NCBI GenBank assembly: GCA_010093605.1
Contig: MU004194.1
Coordinates: forward strand, 130,156 to 194,155
Direction: 5' to 3'
From: Lophium mytilinum
Taxonomy: Eukaryota
DNA length: 64,000 nt
Part shown: piece after piece, positions 36,966 through 49,082 of the stretch
Position numbering within the stretch: position 1 is the first letter of the stretch
Layout: each line of letters begins with the position of its first letter
Program-made: the position numbers and the translations under genes
The notes under the pieces: generated by a model
Seen by the model: the letters and a program-made list of their open reading frames with translations, nothing else
Databases searched by the model: none
Told to the model about the DNA's origin: nothing

Positions 36966-37209
36966 GGAGCAACAGCCTCACCAGCATCAGCATCAGCATC
37001 AGTACCAGCAACAGCAGCTACACGGCCTGCCTCAGCATCGCCATTCGCTGCCTCAGCCCCTACCTCACCACCTCCCGCAGCCGCAGCCGCTGCCGCCACA
37101 TCTCCCGCAGCCGCCGCAGTACCAACACCACCCCCTCTCGCCGTATCAGCAGCCCGAGCCACCCGCCGACTTCCGCGATAAGGGGAAGGGGCGCCAGTCG
37201 ACGGCGTGA
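36966..37209 (+). other. Candidate alternative last exon of the Zn2Cys6 factor (poly-QH/QP, CAG/CAT-rich)
   Basis: GTTCGT donor at 36896 and AACAG acceptor at 36965 join it in frame, encoding EQQPHQHQHQHQYQQQQ...RQSTA*. Confidence 0.5.
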
Positions 37210-39991
37210 GGGCGATGGGTTTCGGCATTAGGCCGCTTGCCATCCGCAATGCCACCATCACACAATTCTGCACAGGACCCACATTGGGCCCACGAATCAT
37301 TACTTTTACGACCTAACGACCTCATACTTGCATCGAAGCGCTAGCGTAATTTCCTGTCATTCCTTTAGCCGCTGCTATTCTTGTCACTATACACTGTTTT
37401 CAAATACTGGGCTCTGGGCGTTTTTTTCGCGTAACATTTGGGGGGAAGGACGGACGTTCTGGTGCGCTGGGACGCGGATTAATGAGGGTTTTGTTTTAAA
37501 GCTGGGGTTATATTGGACTGAGTAACGCATGAATGGGAAGGGAGGGCGGGAAGTGGGATGGAGAATATGGAAATGACGGGATAATTCTATGAGGGGTTGC
37601 GGCGGAAAAGGCAGTGAGGTGAGAAAGGGAGGGAGAGATGGAGAAGGATCTGTACTACGGGGGGGAACCAGGGGAAAAGGAATGACATGCATGAAAGCAT
37701 GAACGACAAACGAGAACAATCAAGAAAATATCATCAACCCCGCGGCTACCTATTCGTTGGAGAGAATACTTTTCATACTTTCTTGCACAGCGTTTCCAAA
37801 CGACCTTGAATAGCACTTTCTCCACTTTTGTCCTATATGTTTACCACGCTTTTGGGGGGGGGGAGGGAATCGGCACCACAGCATCGCTACCCGCCCACGT
37901 ATGCTGGCCCAACAGACACCGCGAGAGCTGCAGGGCTTCAGGTCAGTCAGCAGCCAGAGCTAAGGTTTAGGGGAAGTGCACGACTCGGTTTCGGGTGGCG
38001 TTGCTGCGCTGCTGTGGCGTTCCAGCAACGTTGACGTTACTTCGCATAGCGACCACAGACCACGACCTTCAGCTTCTTCTCGCACGTAACCCTTCAAGAA
38101 TAGCGTTTGCGGCGTCGAAGGAGCGGTCTAGAACCCCCCCTCTCAGAATATCACATTGACGAAACCGCATGCAGAATACCAATAATTACCAGAAGCCGGC
38201 TCGCTAAATCGCAAGACTTCCGCAACCTGTGCGCTCTCTACGCAGTGGGGGTTTCGAGCAGTTGCTGAGAGCGCGCTCGATGGGGCCCGAGTTGGGGAGT
38301 TTACGAGGGATTGTGGGCTGATGCCCGGGGGTAAGGCGGATAGTCGTCGGATGATTGGCTTCTAAGACGTTTACGGCGCGTGGGTGGGCACGAGTATGGA
38401 GCGAGCGGGACTCACGTGGCAGCATGTGTCGCGCGAAGCGAAACCCCGTTTGCGGGATGGGGGAGCTATAAATATAGATATGCCAGATCTGATTCAGGGA
38501 CTGGCGGGCGGACCGGCGGCCAGATCGTAGGGCCGATCGGATTGGGGTCTTCCTGTTTTGACTGACTGCCCGTCGGAAGCGGAGGTGGGATGGATGAGTA
38601 CCACCGCAAGTGCGGCGGGTGATGGGGGGTTGGAGATGTAGACGTAGTTTTTCGGTCCCTTGTCTAGCTGAATGGATGGATTGCCCAACGGATCAGTTTA
38701 CATAGGACAGCGAGTGTCGATGGCTTGCGTTCGGCGGTTCTGCTGCTGCTGCTGCTGCTGGGAATACTACGCCCAGAACAAGCGGAATGCCCGGATATGG
38801 CCGAGTGCAACCCACCTTCACGGGCTCGCATGTTGCGCAGGGGGGTGACGCCATCCCCATCGTCTCAGGCGTGGCTCGATAGCCGACCGCCATAGTCGCA
38901 TGCGGCATAGCGTCGGTACGGCTTTTGACAGACGCTGGCGCTGCTTGCCCTGCGTAGGACGGATGTGTTTGGGGCTTGGACGAGTTTGTGTTTGACGGTT
39001 GCTGCTGAGCGGGCACTAGAGAGATTGACAGGCCGGGGTTTCCGGGTGGCGGGGTGGTGGGCAAGGTGGATGCTTGGAGCTTGGGGTGTGGGAAGGTAGT
39101 GCTAGGGCGGATGGGGATTGGGCAGACGGGCCTGAGATGCCTGAGCGGGAGGTTTTGTGAAGGGTTGAGCGCTATATCAGAGTGGCGGTTATTGTTCGAG
39201 GGCATGCAGGGGCTGACAGGGACGCTATTCAAGAAGGTATTCCGCGTTCTGGTACCCCGTCTGAAACTTAAAAGCAGCTTTAGTGGAGCTTGGGGATGGA
39301 TAGTGGGATGGCTAGGTCGCGTCTCAGAGCCGCTTTTCTGGATGCGGGCTACTGTAGAAGTAAAAGAATAGACACGTGCAGGAGCTTCTGTTTCGTGTTG
39401 AACCGGTGACGCGCTGCCGGCTGGTTTCAAATGTTCCATCTGGCGAGCCGGGTAGCCCAGAAGGGAAAGAGGTATAGCAGGTCGGCCGAGAACCTGAAGG
39501 GATTAAAGGAGCTCACGCAGCGATGCCTGACAGGATGCAGATGCGGTTTCTCAGGATATCCGTCCATGTTTCAGTCTACAGTTGGCGTAGATGGGAAGGA
39601 TGCGACAGTTCAAAAGGCTAGGTGGCGTGTGGGAGGGCATATGTGAGGTCAATGCAAGGTATAGTAGTAGTTCTTGGCGATATTATAGAGGAGGACTCTT
39701 AATAGGTAGGTAATTAGAACTTATTTAATTAGAGCCTTGGCTGGAGTCATATTTGTACGCAGTAGAACTTAACCGTGGATCTGCTATTCACGTCGCGCTT
39801 AGCTTGAAGGTATTCGCAGTTTTAGAGCTATATTCTGCTTTTGGTCTAGTCTGCCGCGAGTGAGAGCTTAATCAGATCACCGATGTGTTTGCGGCAACGT
39901 CCAATAAGTCCAGCCCACACCACCCTGCACCTCTGCACACTAAAACACTCCACCAACTGCCAGTCACCCATAAGCCCAACCCGACGACACC

Positions 39992-41192
39992 ATGTCCGGA
40001 GGCTGGAATACCATCGAGTCAGACGCGGTTTGTGCGCCGCCTCCAACACCCACCCTCTCAACCCTCCGCTTCGTTCGTAGCAGCGTCACTGATTTGATCT
40101 CCCACCACACAGGGCGTATTCACATATTTGCTCAATAACCTCGGTGCTAAGGACGTACAATTTGAGGAGCTGATCAGTCTCGATGCCGACTCTCTCCGCC
40201 AGCTGAGGTAATCTTGCGCCCTCCATGCAGAAGGATCGAAATGCTAACTCACCCGTCAGCCCAATCTACGGCGTCATATTCCTGTTCAAGTATCCCACCG
40301 GTGAAACGCGGTCGGACACTCCTAAGGACGGCACCTTCGACTACGATGCGGCCGAAAACCTGTTCTTCGCCGCCCAGACCATACAGAATGCGTGCGGCAC
40401 GCAAGCGCTGCTGTCAGTGCTGCTAAACAAGACGGATGAGGTAGACATTGGGCCGTCGTTGACCGAGTTCAAGGACTTCACGTCTGCATTTCCTTCAGAT
40501 GTGAGTCTGCCTATAAGCAGGACGATGTCCAGAGTAGCCGTGGAGAGCTAATATAATGTCACACTAGCTTCGAGGCGACGCCCTATCAAATTCCGACCTT
40601 ATTCGCGATGTACACAACTCATTCGCTCGGTCCTCACCGTTCATCGATGAGACCCAACGCGCGGCCACAGAGGATGATGACGTGTATCACTTCATTGCCG
40701 TACGATCATCCTCCCTCCTGTTGAAGCCATGCTGAGTTGTGAAATTAGTACTCCTCAATAAACGGGAAGCTATATGAGCTTGATGGCCTTCAACCGGCCC
40801 CCATCTCCCACGGTCCATGCACTCCCTCGTCTTTCCCTGAAGCAGTCATCCCCGTCCTCCAGCGTCGAATCGAACGCTATCCTGCCAATGAGATCCGCTT
40901 CAACCTACTCGCCATGGTCCGCGATCTGCGCATCCGCGCACGAGATATCGGCGATGTCGAAACGCTACAACAGGAAGAACAGAAGCGCACAGGGTGGCAA
41001 TGGGAAAACGCGCTACGGCGCCACAACTTCGTTGGCTTCGTGGGGGAGCTACTAAAGGGCGTTGTGGGGTCAAAAATAGAAGAGGGCGAAGGGAAATACG
41101 AGGAGTGGATCGAGGAGGGCAAGGCGAAAACCAAAAAGAGAGTCGAGGAGAGGTCAAAGAAAGGTGCAGGGGTGGATGAGATGGATGTGTGA
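39992..41192 (+). CDS. UCH37: Proteasome-associated ubiquitin C-terminal hydrolase (UCH37/UCHL5 type)
   Basis: [33 protein letters not shown] (catalytic Cys), VYHFIA, YELDGL, and a C-terminal [12 protein letters not shown] coiled-coil tail; about four introns. Confidence 0.93.
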
Positions 41193-42566
41193 CGAAACGA
41201 GAGGCAGGAATAGGCGGCGACTGAGACTGCTGGAGCGGTGAATCGGTAACTCGGCGAATCGGTGAATGGGTCTACGTGACGAGAAGGCGAGCTTAACGGG
41301 TCCCTGAGATCTACTAGGACGCTTTTCAGTGTAGCGTCACTCAAGGAAGGTCGACCGTCTGGACCTATCAGAACCCTTACATGTACCTTCGGATCCTACT
41401 ATCCGTATTCATCGGGCCAAGGAAGCAAGAACAGGAGAATCATGCAACACCACACCACATCTCCAATGATTACGTAAATGGGTTTTTAGCGTCGAGCGAC
41501 AGCAACAGTGACGTTGATCAAAAATGAACAGGCCACAAGCTGTCAAGGGATAGCAACGCCGAGTCTTCGTTGTCGGGTACTCCGGGTCGGCTCGGCGGCC
41601 TTTGAAGCTGGCAACGGCGGCATTTGACCTAGGCCACTCTTTGGCATGGTGTCAACCTTATCTGACCTAGTTTCTGCCTGCCTGTTCCTTCTCACTTAGC
41701 TCTATAATAGTAGCACACTGACCCGACGCTAGCATGTGTCTAGGACGACCCGCAAACCCGAGCAGGAAAATATGAACCGCAGAAACCGAGGCGCAAAATA
41801 CGAGCACGGCGCCGTACTTCCGGACTCGGATTCTGTTGAAACGGAAACCCTAAACGAAGGCAATAGCGCTAATTGGTTGCAGTACCACTCACAAATCAAC
41901 ACTCAGGACTGCACCGCTATTTCTGCATATCGATTTCGGCGCGGATAACCACGATTGACTAACTAGACTAAGAGGGATATTCCAATGACAACGCTCAATA
42001 ACTGCTCACTCGCTCCAACGCTCAGACCAAACCCACATGTATTTCCAAAATAAGCATCATTTCTTCCCACGGGCTTGAACGCACTTGACCAATCAATGTC
42101 ACGAGAGACATGCGATCCCAAAAAAGAAACAATAAACCCGGAGAGATGAAACGTCGTTCTCACACTTTCATCATTATAACCTAATGTAGACAACTGACCG
42201 AGTATTTCTAGAAGAAGAAAGAGCGACGGTTTCGTGACACTGCCACGGCCCAATGAGCTCATTACACCTGAAAAGACGTTAGGCTGACCCGCCCCTGATT
42301 TACCTTACTCATCAATAGTCGCATCTTGAAGCCTAACATAGGGTGGCGGTCCACGATACCGATCCCTGGGCAGCCACCCGTGCCACCCCAGCCTTGCTGC
42401 CCGGCCGAGGCTGACATGCCCGATCCCGGGCATGCACGCGACAGCGCAAGCATCAAGTAACAAAAATAGGGCAGAGCTCCACCACCGGCTTCAAGGTGGC
42501 AAACCGTAACCACATTCATCGCCAGGCCCGCCCCAAAAACAACGAGCTAAAGGAATAACAAGGTTC

Positions 42567-44933
42567 TCAATTCTTCTCTTCCGAGAATCCTTGGATGTTG
42601 ATCTGCGATCCTTCGTCTTCCTTCCAGGATCCTGGATGCTCTAGTTTTGAACGTAAGCTAGAGCTCTCTGCAGGGTCATGGTCAGGCGTTTCCGCGGGCA
42701 CTGCCTCTTCTAGGTTTGACTGCGAGTCGGCGCTAGAATCAGCGACCGGGTGGTCGCGGGCCACGGCTGCTGATGGCGCGTGCGATGCTGGAAGAACGGC
42801 GGCTGTCTCAGATGAGGGCGATCGCTCGTCCAAACCGTCAGCCGGGGTGGCGATCGGTGGGGCTATTGAAACCGAGCTATCCTCCGCGGCAAGTATTGAC
42901 GAGGCGGCAGAAGAGCTGGGTGTGGGTTTTGGAGTCGGTGAAGAGTTGACTAGCGGCATCATAGACGCGTCCTGAGAGGCGAGCTGCGTGACGATGGATG
43001 TGGCGGTGACGATGACGGAGCTGGCGGCACATTCCTGGGGTGGGGCTGAGAGTATGAGGCCGGGGATGTCGCCTGGGATGAGCGTTTGGGGTGGTTTGTG
43101 AAGTTGGAGGGAGAGGAAGATGACGAAGGCGGAGAGGAACGCGATGGCGATGTTGCGTTGGTCACTGACCATAAGGTAGATGTAGTTCTTCAGGAGAGTA
43201 GAGAGCGGGATCTCCTCTATGGCTTGGCGAGAGGAGGATGATGTTGGTCGTTTGCTGCGGGATCGAGGCCGTTCTGGATGTTCGGTATCTAGAGCAATTA
43301 GAATAGAAGCTTGTGTCCTCGCTTCAGCTTCGATTCGTAACTGCTCCGCAAATGCAGAGGCTTGTGCTTCTTTCTCTGCCTCGAGCTGTCTCTTCTCTTC
43401 GGCGAGTGCTTCTTTCTCCGCTTCGATTTGCCTCTTCTCCTCAGCGAGTGCTTCAACCTTCCTATTCTCCTCGGCAGCTGAAGCTACCTCAAGCTTCCTC
43501 TTTTCTTCAGCCAGTGCTTCTTTCTCCGCTTCGATTTGCCTCTTCTCTTCAGCGAGTGCGTTAACTTTCCTGGTCTCCTCCGCAATGGAAGCTGCCCTCG
43601 CTTCGATTTGCCTTTGCTCCTCAGCGAGTGCTTCAACTTTCCTCTTCTCCTCCGCAGCAATTGAAGCTGCCTCAGCTTCGATCAGTTCTTTTTCCTCAAG
43701 AAGCGCTTCAGCTTTCCTCAATTCTTCAAATTCTTGAATTCTTTTGCGCTCCAAGAGCTCCTCTTGTTCTTCCTCCTTCTGTCGCTGTTCGAGCGCCTTG
43801 CGAATATCTTCTGGAATCCATGGCGAGATCTCAACATCAACCCTCTCCATCTCCCTCCAAGCAGCTCCCCAAGCACCAGCTCTCATCAAACCATTAGCCG
43901 CGTAAATCTTGATATTCCACTTCTTCGACCCACTCCCAGCCCCCTTCCCAGGCTTCCTAATCGGACGGTGACAATCCGTGCAGACGCTCGAAGCATCATC
44001 GCACTCAAACACTTCTTCATCTTCGCCCGTTATCGTACCCCCACTCATTCTACTCCCCCTCCCCTCATCCTCCTCGTCACTAACATCACTCTCCTCCGCC
44101 TCCTCCCCACCCGTGAAATGCCCACACTTCAACAACCTCGGCATCTTCAACTCCAAACTCTCCAATAGTCGCTCCTCCAGCAGATCATACTCCTCATTCG
44201 GATGCGGAATCAGCAGCCCCCGCTGCATCAGCACCGAGTCCGCAAACCGCTCCTCCAGCAGCCGGTAATTCTCCCCCAGCCACGCCGGCGCCATGGCCGC
44301 CAGCACGCCCGGCGAGTACACGTGCGCGAGCGGCAATAGCGTCACATGCAACAAGATGAGCGGGTGGAACTGCGGAGGCGGTGGTTGCACCTGCACCAGC
44401 TGTTTCGACGGTGTCGGCGTTTGCCCTGGCTTTAGGCTCTGCGAGCGCACAGAGTGCCGGCTAGGCGTCTCGGACCGCCGCGACGGGGTGGAGAGCTTGT
44501 ACGCGCCCTTGGTGCCGGCCGCGCGCGGGGCGGAGTAGGTCGGCTCGAAGGGCGGTGGGGAGGCCATTTGCAGCGCGCGCACTGAGGAGGGGTTGCGGAA
44601 GAGCGCGCGCTCTTTCATGGGGGTGTAGTGCATCTCGTTGGGCGTGTGGCGGGAGGTTATGGAGAGCTCGGAGGGGAGGTCGGAGATGAGGCTTGTGGTT
44701 GTGAGGGCGGAGACGCGGCGGGAGCGGGTGGTGGAGGTGGAGAAGGCATCGGAGTTGTCGAGGTGTGGTTCGATGCTTTCGAGGGGGTCGTCGGGGGAGG
44801 GGAGAGAGCTGGTTTCTGAGCTGAAGGAGGTGTCGGCGTCGTAGGAGGAGAGGGGGCTGCTGAGGGAGTGCTCGGTATCTTCGTAGATGGAGAAGCCGGG
44901 GCCAGGGGGTGGGGAGGTGTGGATTGTCGTCAT
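42567..44933 (-). CDS. Conserved fungal protein with central E/K/A coiled coil and C-terminal TM (the family often auto-annotated 'pathway-specific nitrogen regulator')
   Basis: 788-aa ORF with PLILLHVTLLP, RGLLIPHPNEEYDLLEERLLESLEL, CGHF, CTDC and IYAANGLMRAGAWGAAWREMERVDVEI blocks, plus TM NIAIAFLSAFVIFLSL. Confidence 0.8.
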   Translation of the reverse strand: MTTIHTSPPPGPGFSIYEDTEHSLSSPLSSYDADTSFSSETSSLPSPDDPLESIEPHLDNSDAFSTSTTRSRRVSALTTTSLISDLPSELSITSRHTPNEMHYTPMKERALFRNPSSVRALQMASPPPFEPTYSAPRAAGTKGAYKLSTPSRRSETPSRHSVRSQSLKPGQTPTPSKQLVQVQPPPPQFHPLILLHVTLLPLAHVYSPGVLAAMAPAWLGENYRLLEERFADSVLMQRGLLIPHPNEEYDLLEERLLESLELKMPRLLKCGHFTGGEEAEESDVSDEEDEGRGSRMSGGTITGEDEEVFECDDASSVCTDCHRPIRKPGKGAGSGSKKWNIKIYAANGLMRAGAWGAAWREMERVDVEISPWIPEDIRKALEQRQKEEEQEELLERKRIQEFEELRKAEALLEEKELIEAEAASIAAEEKRKVEALAEEQRQIEARAASIAEETRKVNALAEEKRQIEAEKEALAEEKRKLEVASAAEENRKVEALAEEKRQIEAEKEALAEEKRQLEAEKEAQASAFAEQLRIEAEARTQASILIALDTEHPERPRSRSKRPTSSSSRQAIEEIPLSTLLKNYIYLMVSDQRNIAIAFLSAFVIFLSLQLHKPPQTLIPGDIPGLILSAPPQECAASSVIVTATSIVTQLASQDASMMPLVNSSPTPKPTPSSSAASSILAAEDSSVSIAPPIATPADGLDERSPSSETAAVLPASHAPSAAVARDHPVADSSADSQSNLEEAVPAETPDHDPAESSSLRSKLEHPGSWKEDEGSQINIQGFSEEKN
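43365..43680 (-). repeat. Intragenic tandem repeats encoding (AEEKRQIEAEKEAL / AEEKRKVEAL)n
   Basis: Near-identical DNA blocks at ~43402-43457, ~43510-43565 and ~43599-43658. Confidence 0.8.
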
Positions 44934-45362
44934 GTTGGGTTGGGTGTAGTACTGGGGGTGCCGCTGTGGGCGGATTTTGGAGGGTTTTGTGGTTCTGGTT
45001 TTTGAGGTCTATCGATCGTAGTATTGGGGTATTTGGAGCCGTAAGAGAGGGGTTCTGGAAGTGTTGGGATTATAGCGGTGAGAGGAAGATGCGTTGGCGA
45101 TATTAGCGGTGGAGGTGTGTTATTGATCGGCCGTTGACGGGGCAACCATGTTTCTATCACGACTTCTCAAATCTTGATGCGCCTATATCGCATTCCAGAC
45201 AAACACCATCGTTGACTTCGTTAAGAGTATCACAATTAAACCATCGTATGTCAAAAATAGCATCGTCTTTTGATTGTTTGAATGCAAATTGATTCTCAGA
45301 ACGACCATGGTCTTTCATTGTCTATACAGACATATTCTATCCTACATCTTCTCCAGCTTTCA

Positions 45363-46080
45363 TCAGTTCGTAAAATCCTGCTTTGGCGCGTCCGCAGTTC
45401 CAGACCCATACTTCCTTACATGTTCCTTATTGGCGCTCTTATCCGCCGCAAACTGCTCCACCTCCGGACTATCCATATGCTTCGCAACCTGATCCGCCTG
45501 CCACTTCTTGAACGAGAACCCAAGCCCCTCATGCGAGTAGTCCTTATCATTCGCCTGATCCTTGTGGTACTTGATCTGCATAAACTCCTTATCCACAGTA
45601 TCCGGATCCAACGAAAGCGACACAAGACCCGTGATCATCGCGGTCTTGGGGATGATCTTGAACGTCCAGGCTGTTACATTATTAGCGCTCCGTCTAACGA
45701 GATTTTCAGGTAGGGGCCTTACATTGCTTGTTCTTAAACTGAATCATCTCGTTATCGTTTCTTATAACCTGATACCCGTGGTTGGTGCTGTCCTTGAACA
45801 GCTTCGGCAGCGCAAACCACTGTCCCGCCATCTTATACCGATCGTTCGCGTACACGAACTGGTCGTCATACACGCAATCAGGAGTGTAGCGCTTCACCCT
45901 CTCAACAGTAGGCTCGCAGCTGTACAGCGCGATGATATCATCCACAAGCCGCTGTCTTTGCGGGTTGAGTGGAAGGCTCTTCGATGGATCGGGCGTGTAG
46001 TCCTCGCTTGTAGCCGTCTGACGCGGCTCGAAATGCTCGCCGGGTTTCTCCGACGTGGTTGGGAAATTGGAGGAAGACAT
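45363..46080 (-). CDS. Conserved fungal hypothetical protein, probable SnoaL/NTF2-like fold
   Basis: Two exons: MSSSNFP...YTPDCVYDDQFVYANDRYKMAGQWFALPKLF...KNKQ, intron ~45722-45670, then WTFKIIPKT...IKYHKDQ. Confidence 0.8.
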
Positions 46081-47306
46081 ATTTGCTCTTTGTTCAGCAG
46101 CGTTTAGCTGCTGCGTAAAGTTTCTTTGGGGGTGTATGAGTGCAGACTTGTTGAAGTATTTCGAAAAGCCGTGGGTGATTAGGTGCGAGCGGGTTGGGAT
46201 ATTCATCGATTTTGGATTCGAGCCTACGTCTGAGGTTGGATTCATTCATATATATGTTTATGTGGCTGTGGTCGGATTGGGGTTTAGTGACGCACTCGAT
46301 GATGGTCAGGTTCAGAATACAGCAATAACTGGAAGCATTAAAGTCGATTAACGGTTTTTTGAGTAATAAATACGTCATGCAAGGTCAAATTATGCCACTC
46401 CCGAGCTCTCCGCAGCTTTTCGAGTCGTGGAGACCCTGTGGAGTAAGTGGACGAAATGGATGACGCAAACGTATGTGGAGCTTCACTGATCTCTTAAAAC
46501 ACGACCGAACCTCTTCCAAACCAGGGGAAACTTCGGCCTTATACTAAGAAACCTATACATCCACAAACATTATCATTTATCGTCTAGTGTGTTGTTGAGA
46601 AAGTTGTTACTATCCCTGTAGTATTCTTCCACGATCACGTGACAAGAAGCTCCCTTACCACGCCATTAACCGAAGTAATGTAGACACGCACTAGGTGGGC
46701 TAACGTATAACCTGAGCTGGAAGATTCGTAGGGACCTAAGTAACGTTAGATTCTCTGTATAGTAGAGAGATGGCACAAAGGGAAGATAGTGAAGTTTATT
46801 CGCTCTTACTTTACAACTCATGTCGAACACAGGAAACTAGATCCTAAAAGTTCATCTCTAGTTTAATTCTACCACTAATATCTACCAATTCATCACTACT
46901 AAAATGGACTCGTCCGGATCCCTTGAACTGAAGCCTAATTCACGACCTCTGGGTATTCAGTAATGCTTTACCCGTGGATTGCAAGTCCCTAGGAATTATG
47001 TCAATACTTCGACCGCAGTAAGCCCCTGAAGCCACGTTCGCGTGCTCTACGCTTTGAAAATTCCAATGCTAGAGAACGTTCACGACTTGCTCAAATAGAC
47101 CACGCGTCACGTGATGCTATAACACTGGCACCATTGGTTTCTGATCCAAGGGTAAGTTTGATCTTAAGCGATCATCGGCCATTCTTCACTTTCGGAGGGT
47201 ATCTGATGCAATTTAGTGCAAACCAAACCGCCCAGTCGCCATCCAGGAGTCCCATCCAGGAGTCCCAAACGCCACCAACTCCATGCCATGCCAACCCAGC
47301 CAAGAC

Positions 47307-49082
47307 CTACTCATTATAGATGTTGGAGTCGAAGTTCATGGGGAACTTGTCCCGTCCCTCCGCCTCCTTGTTCACCCAGATAGAGACGCTGATTCCCGCG
47401 CACGGGAACATGCCGTATCCCTCATCATCGATGGTAACCTCCTTCTTCTCCCACTCCAGCAAATCAGTCCACACCTCTCCCTTGTGCATGTCGCCGACCG
47501 CCATGCGGATCTGGTTCGGCCCTGTGTTCGACATCACGCAGGCCAGGCCGAACGGCTTGTCCCACGTCCCGCGGCGCACCCAGCCGATGCAGTTCGCGTC
47601 GTTCCAGTAGTCCTCTAGGTCGCCGTAGGCGTAGAGCTTGCGCGCGAGAATCATGTCCGCGAGCTTGTTGCCGCAGGATGGTGGCTCGGGGTGCTCGCCT
47701 TTCATGCCGTAGAGGTCGCCGTAGAAGGGGCAGGGGTACCCGTCCTTGCGGAGGAGGGTCAGGCAGTAGGCGAGGGGCTTGAAGTAGCCTTCGACGGGGG
47801 TGGCGACGGTCTGGCCGGGCTGGGTGTCGTGGTTCATGACGACGGTCTGGATATCAAATTAATTGAGGAAGTGTCAGAGGGGTGAGGAGAACCTACGACT
47901 GAGTTGACAGGCTGGGACTGGACGAGGGCGCCGTCGAAGATTTTGCGGAGGTCGGCGCCCTCGGAGGTGGAGGCTCGAGAGAAATTGTAGAGGAGGGGCG
48001 AGTCGTAGAGGGAGAATTTGTGGTCCATCTTCTCGAGCCATTTGGACATTTCCTCCGTATCGCCGGTCCAGAACTCGCCGACGACAAACATGTCGTTACC
48101 GCACTGTTCGCGGAGAGTCTCGATCCATTCGCCGGTGAATCGTTCGGAGAAGTGTTGGACGGCGTCGAGCCGGAATCCTTTCAGGCCAATCTCTTTGGTG
48201 ACCCAGACGCCCCATTTCTGTGCGTGTTAGCTTGAAATCATCTTGTTGGTGCTATATAGTCTACCTTGACGTCCTCTTGGACCTCTGGATGCGAGTAGTC
48301 CAGATCGGCAAACATCATGTAATCTGCATTGCCCTGCTCGTCGCTCACGGATTCGGACCATCCTTTATTGTCTCCGAGGATCTTGTAGATGGCCTTCTTG
48401 TCATTTGCCGCATTGTAGTCGGTGCCCGAGAAATGGTACCTGATACTGGTTAGATGTCTTTCTTTGGAAGTTTCACTCAAGGAGCATTTACCAGTGGTAT
48501 TTCTGAGCACTATACTTGTCCCCTCGGCCTGGGAAGTCGAATCCAAGCCAGCCCTCGATCTCGTACGGCTCTCCGACTTCTTTAGTCCGATCTGAGCAGC
48601 GTGAGCTTAGTTTCCCCATTGAAGTAGGTCGCACATACCATTCTCGTCCACCTCAATGACTCGACACTTCTCAGTGTGATCCGCGGCCGCTTTGTGATTG
48701 AGCACAGCGTCCCAATACAGGCCTATGCCATGCTCCTTCGCCAGCTTCGACAGCTCCAGCAGCTCCTCTTTTGTACCCCACTTCGTCGCCTTGCCCCCTT
48801 TCTGGTCGAATTCTCCGACATCATAAAGGTCGTAGACGTCGTATCCGTTGCCGTTGGGGCTGCTAGCCTTGCAGGCGGGAGGCAGCCAGATGCTGCCGAT
48901 GCCGGCAGCCGCGAGCTTGGGAATGGCGCCGATCAGACGCTGCCAGTGCTTCCCGTCGGCTGGGACGTTCCACTCGAAGCCTTGGAACATGGTGTTGTTC
49001 CCCGGCGTGGGCTTCTGCTCTTCCGGGTGTCAACATCTTCAGGGCATGCGCGGTGAAATTCCTGTTTACCTATCTCGCCCAT
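47307..49082 (-). CDS. Intracellular alpha-amylase, GH13 subfamily 5 (bacterial liquefying-type)
   Basis: TMFQGFEW, NGYDVYDLYDVGEFDQKG, DAVLNHK, GFRLDAVQH (nucleophile), VGEFW (acid/base), NHDTQPGQ and GYPCPFYGDLYG; no signal peptide; about five introns; ATG at 49082 (MGEI|EQKPTP). Confidence 0.95.

Noticed and set aside
47240..47266. 13-bp tandem duplication CCATCCAGGAGTC x2 in the amylase 3' region
   Set aside because: A trivial slippage duplication with no evident function.
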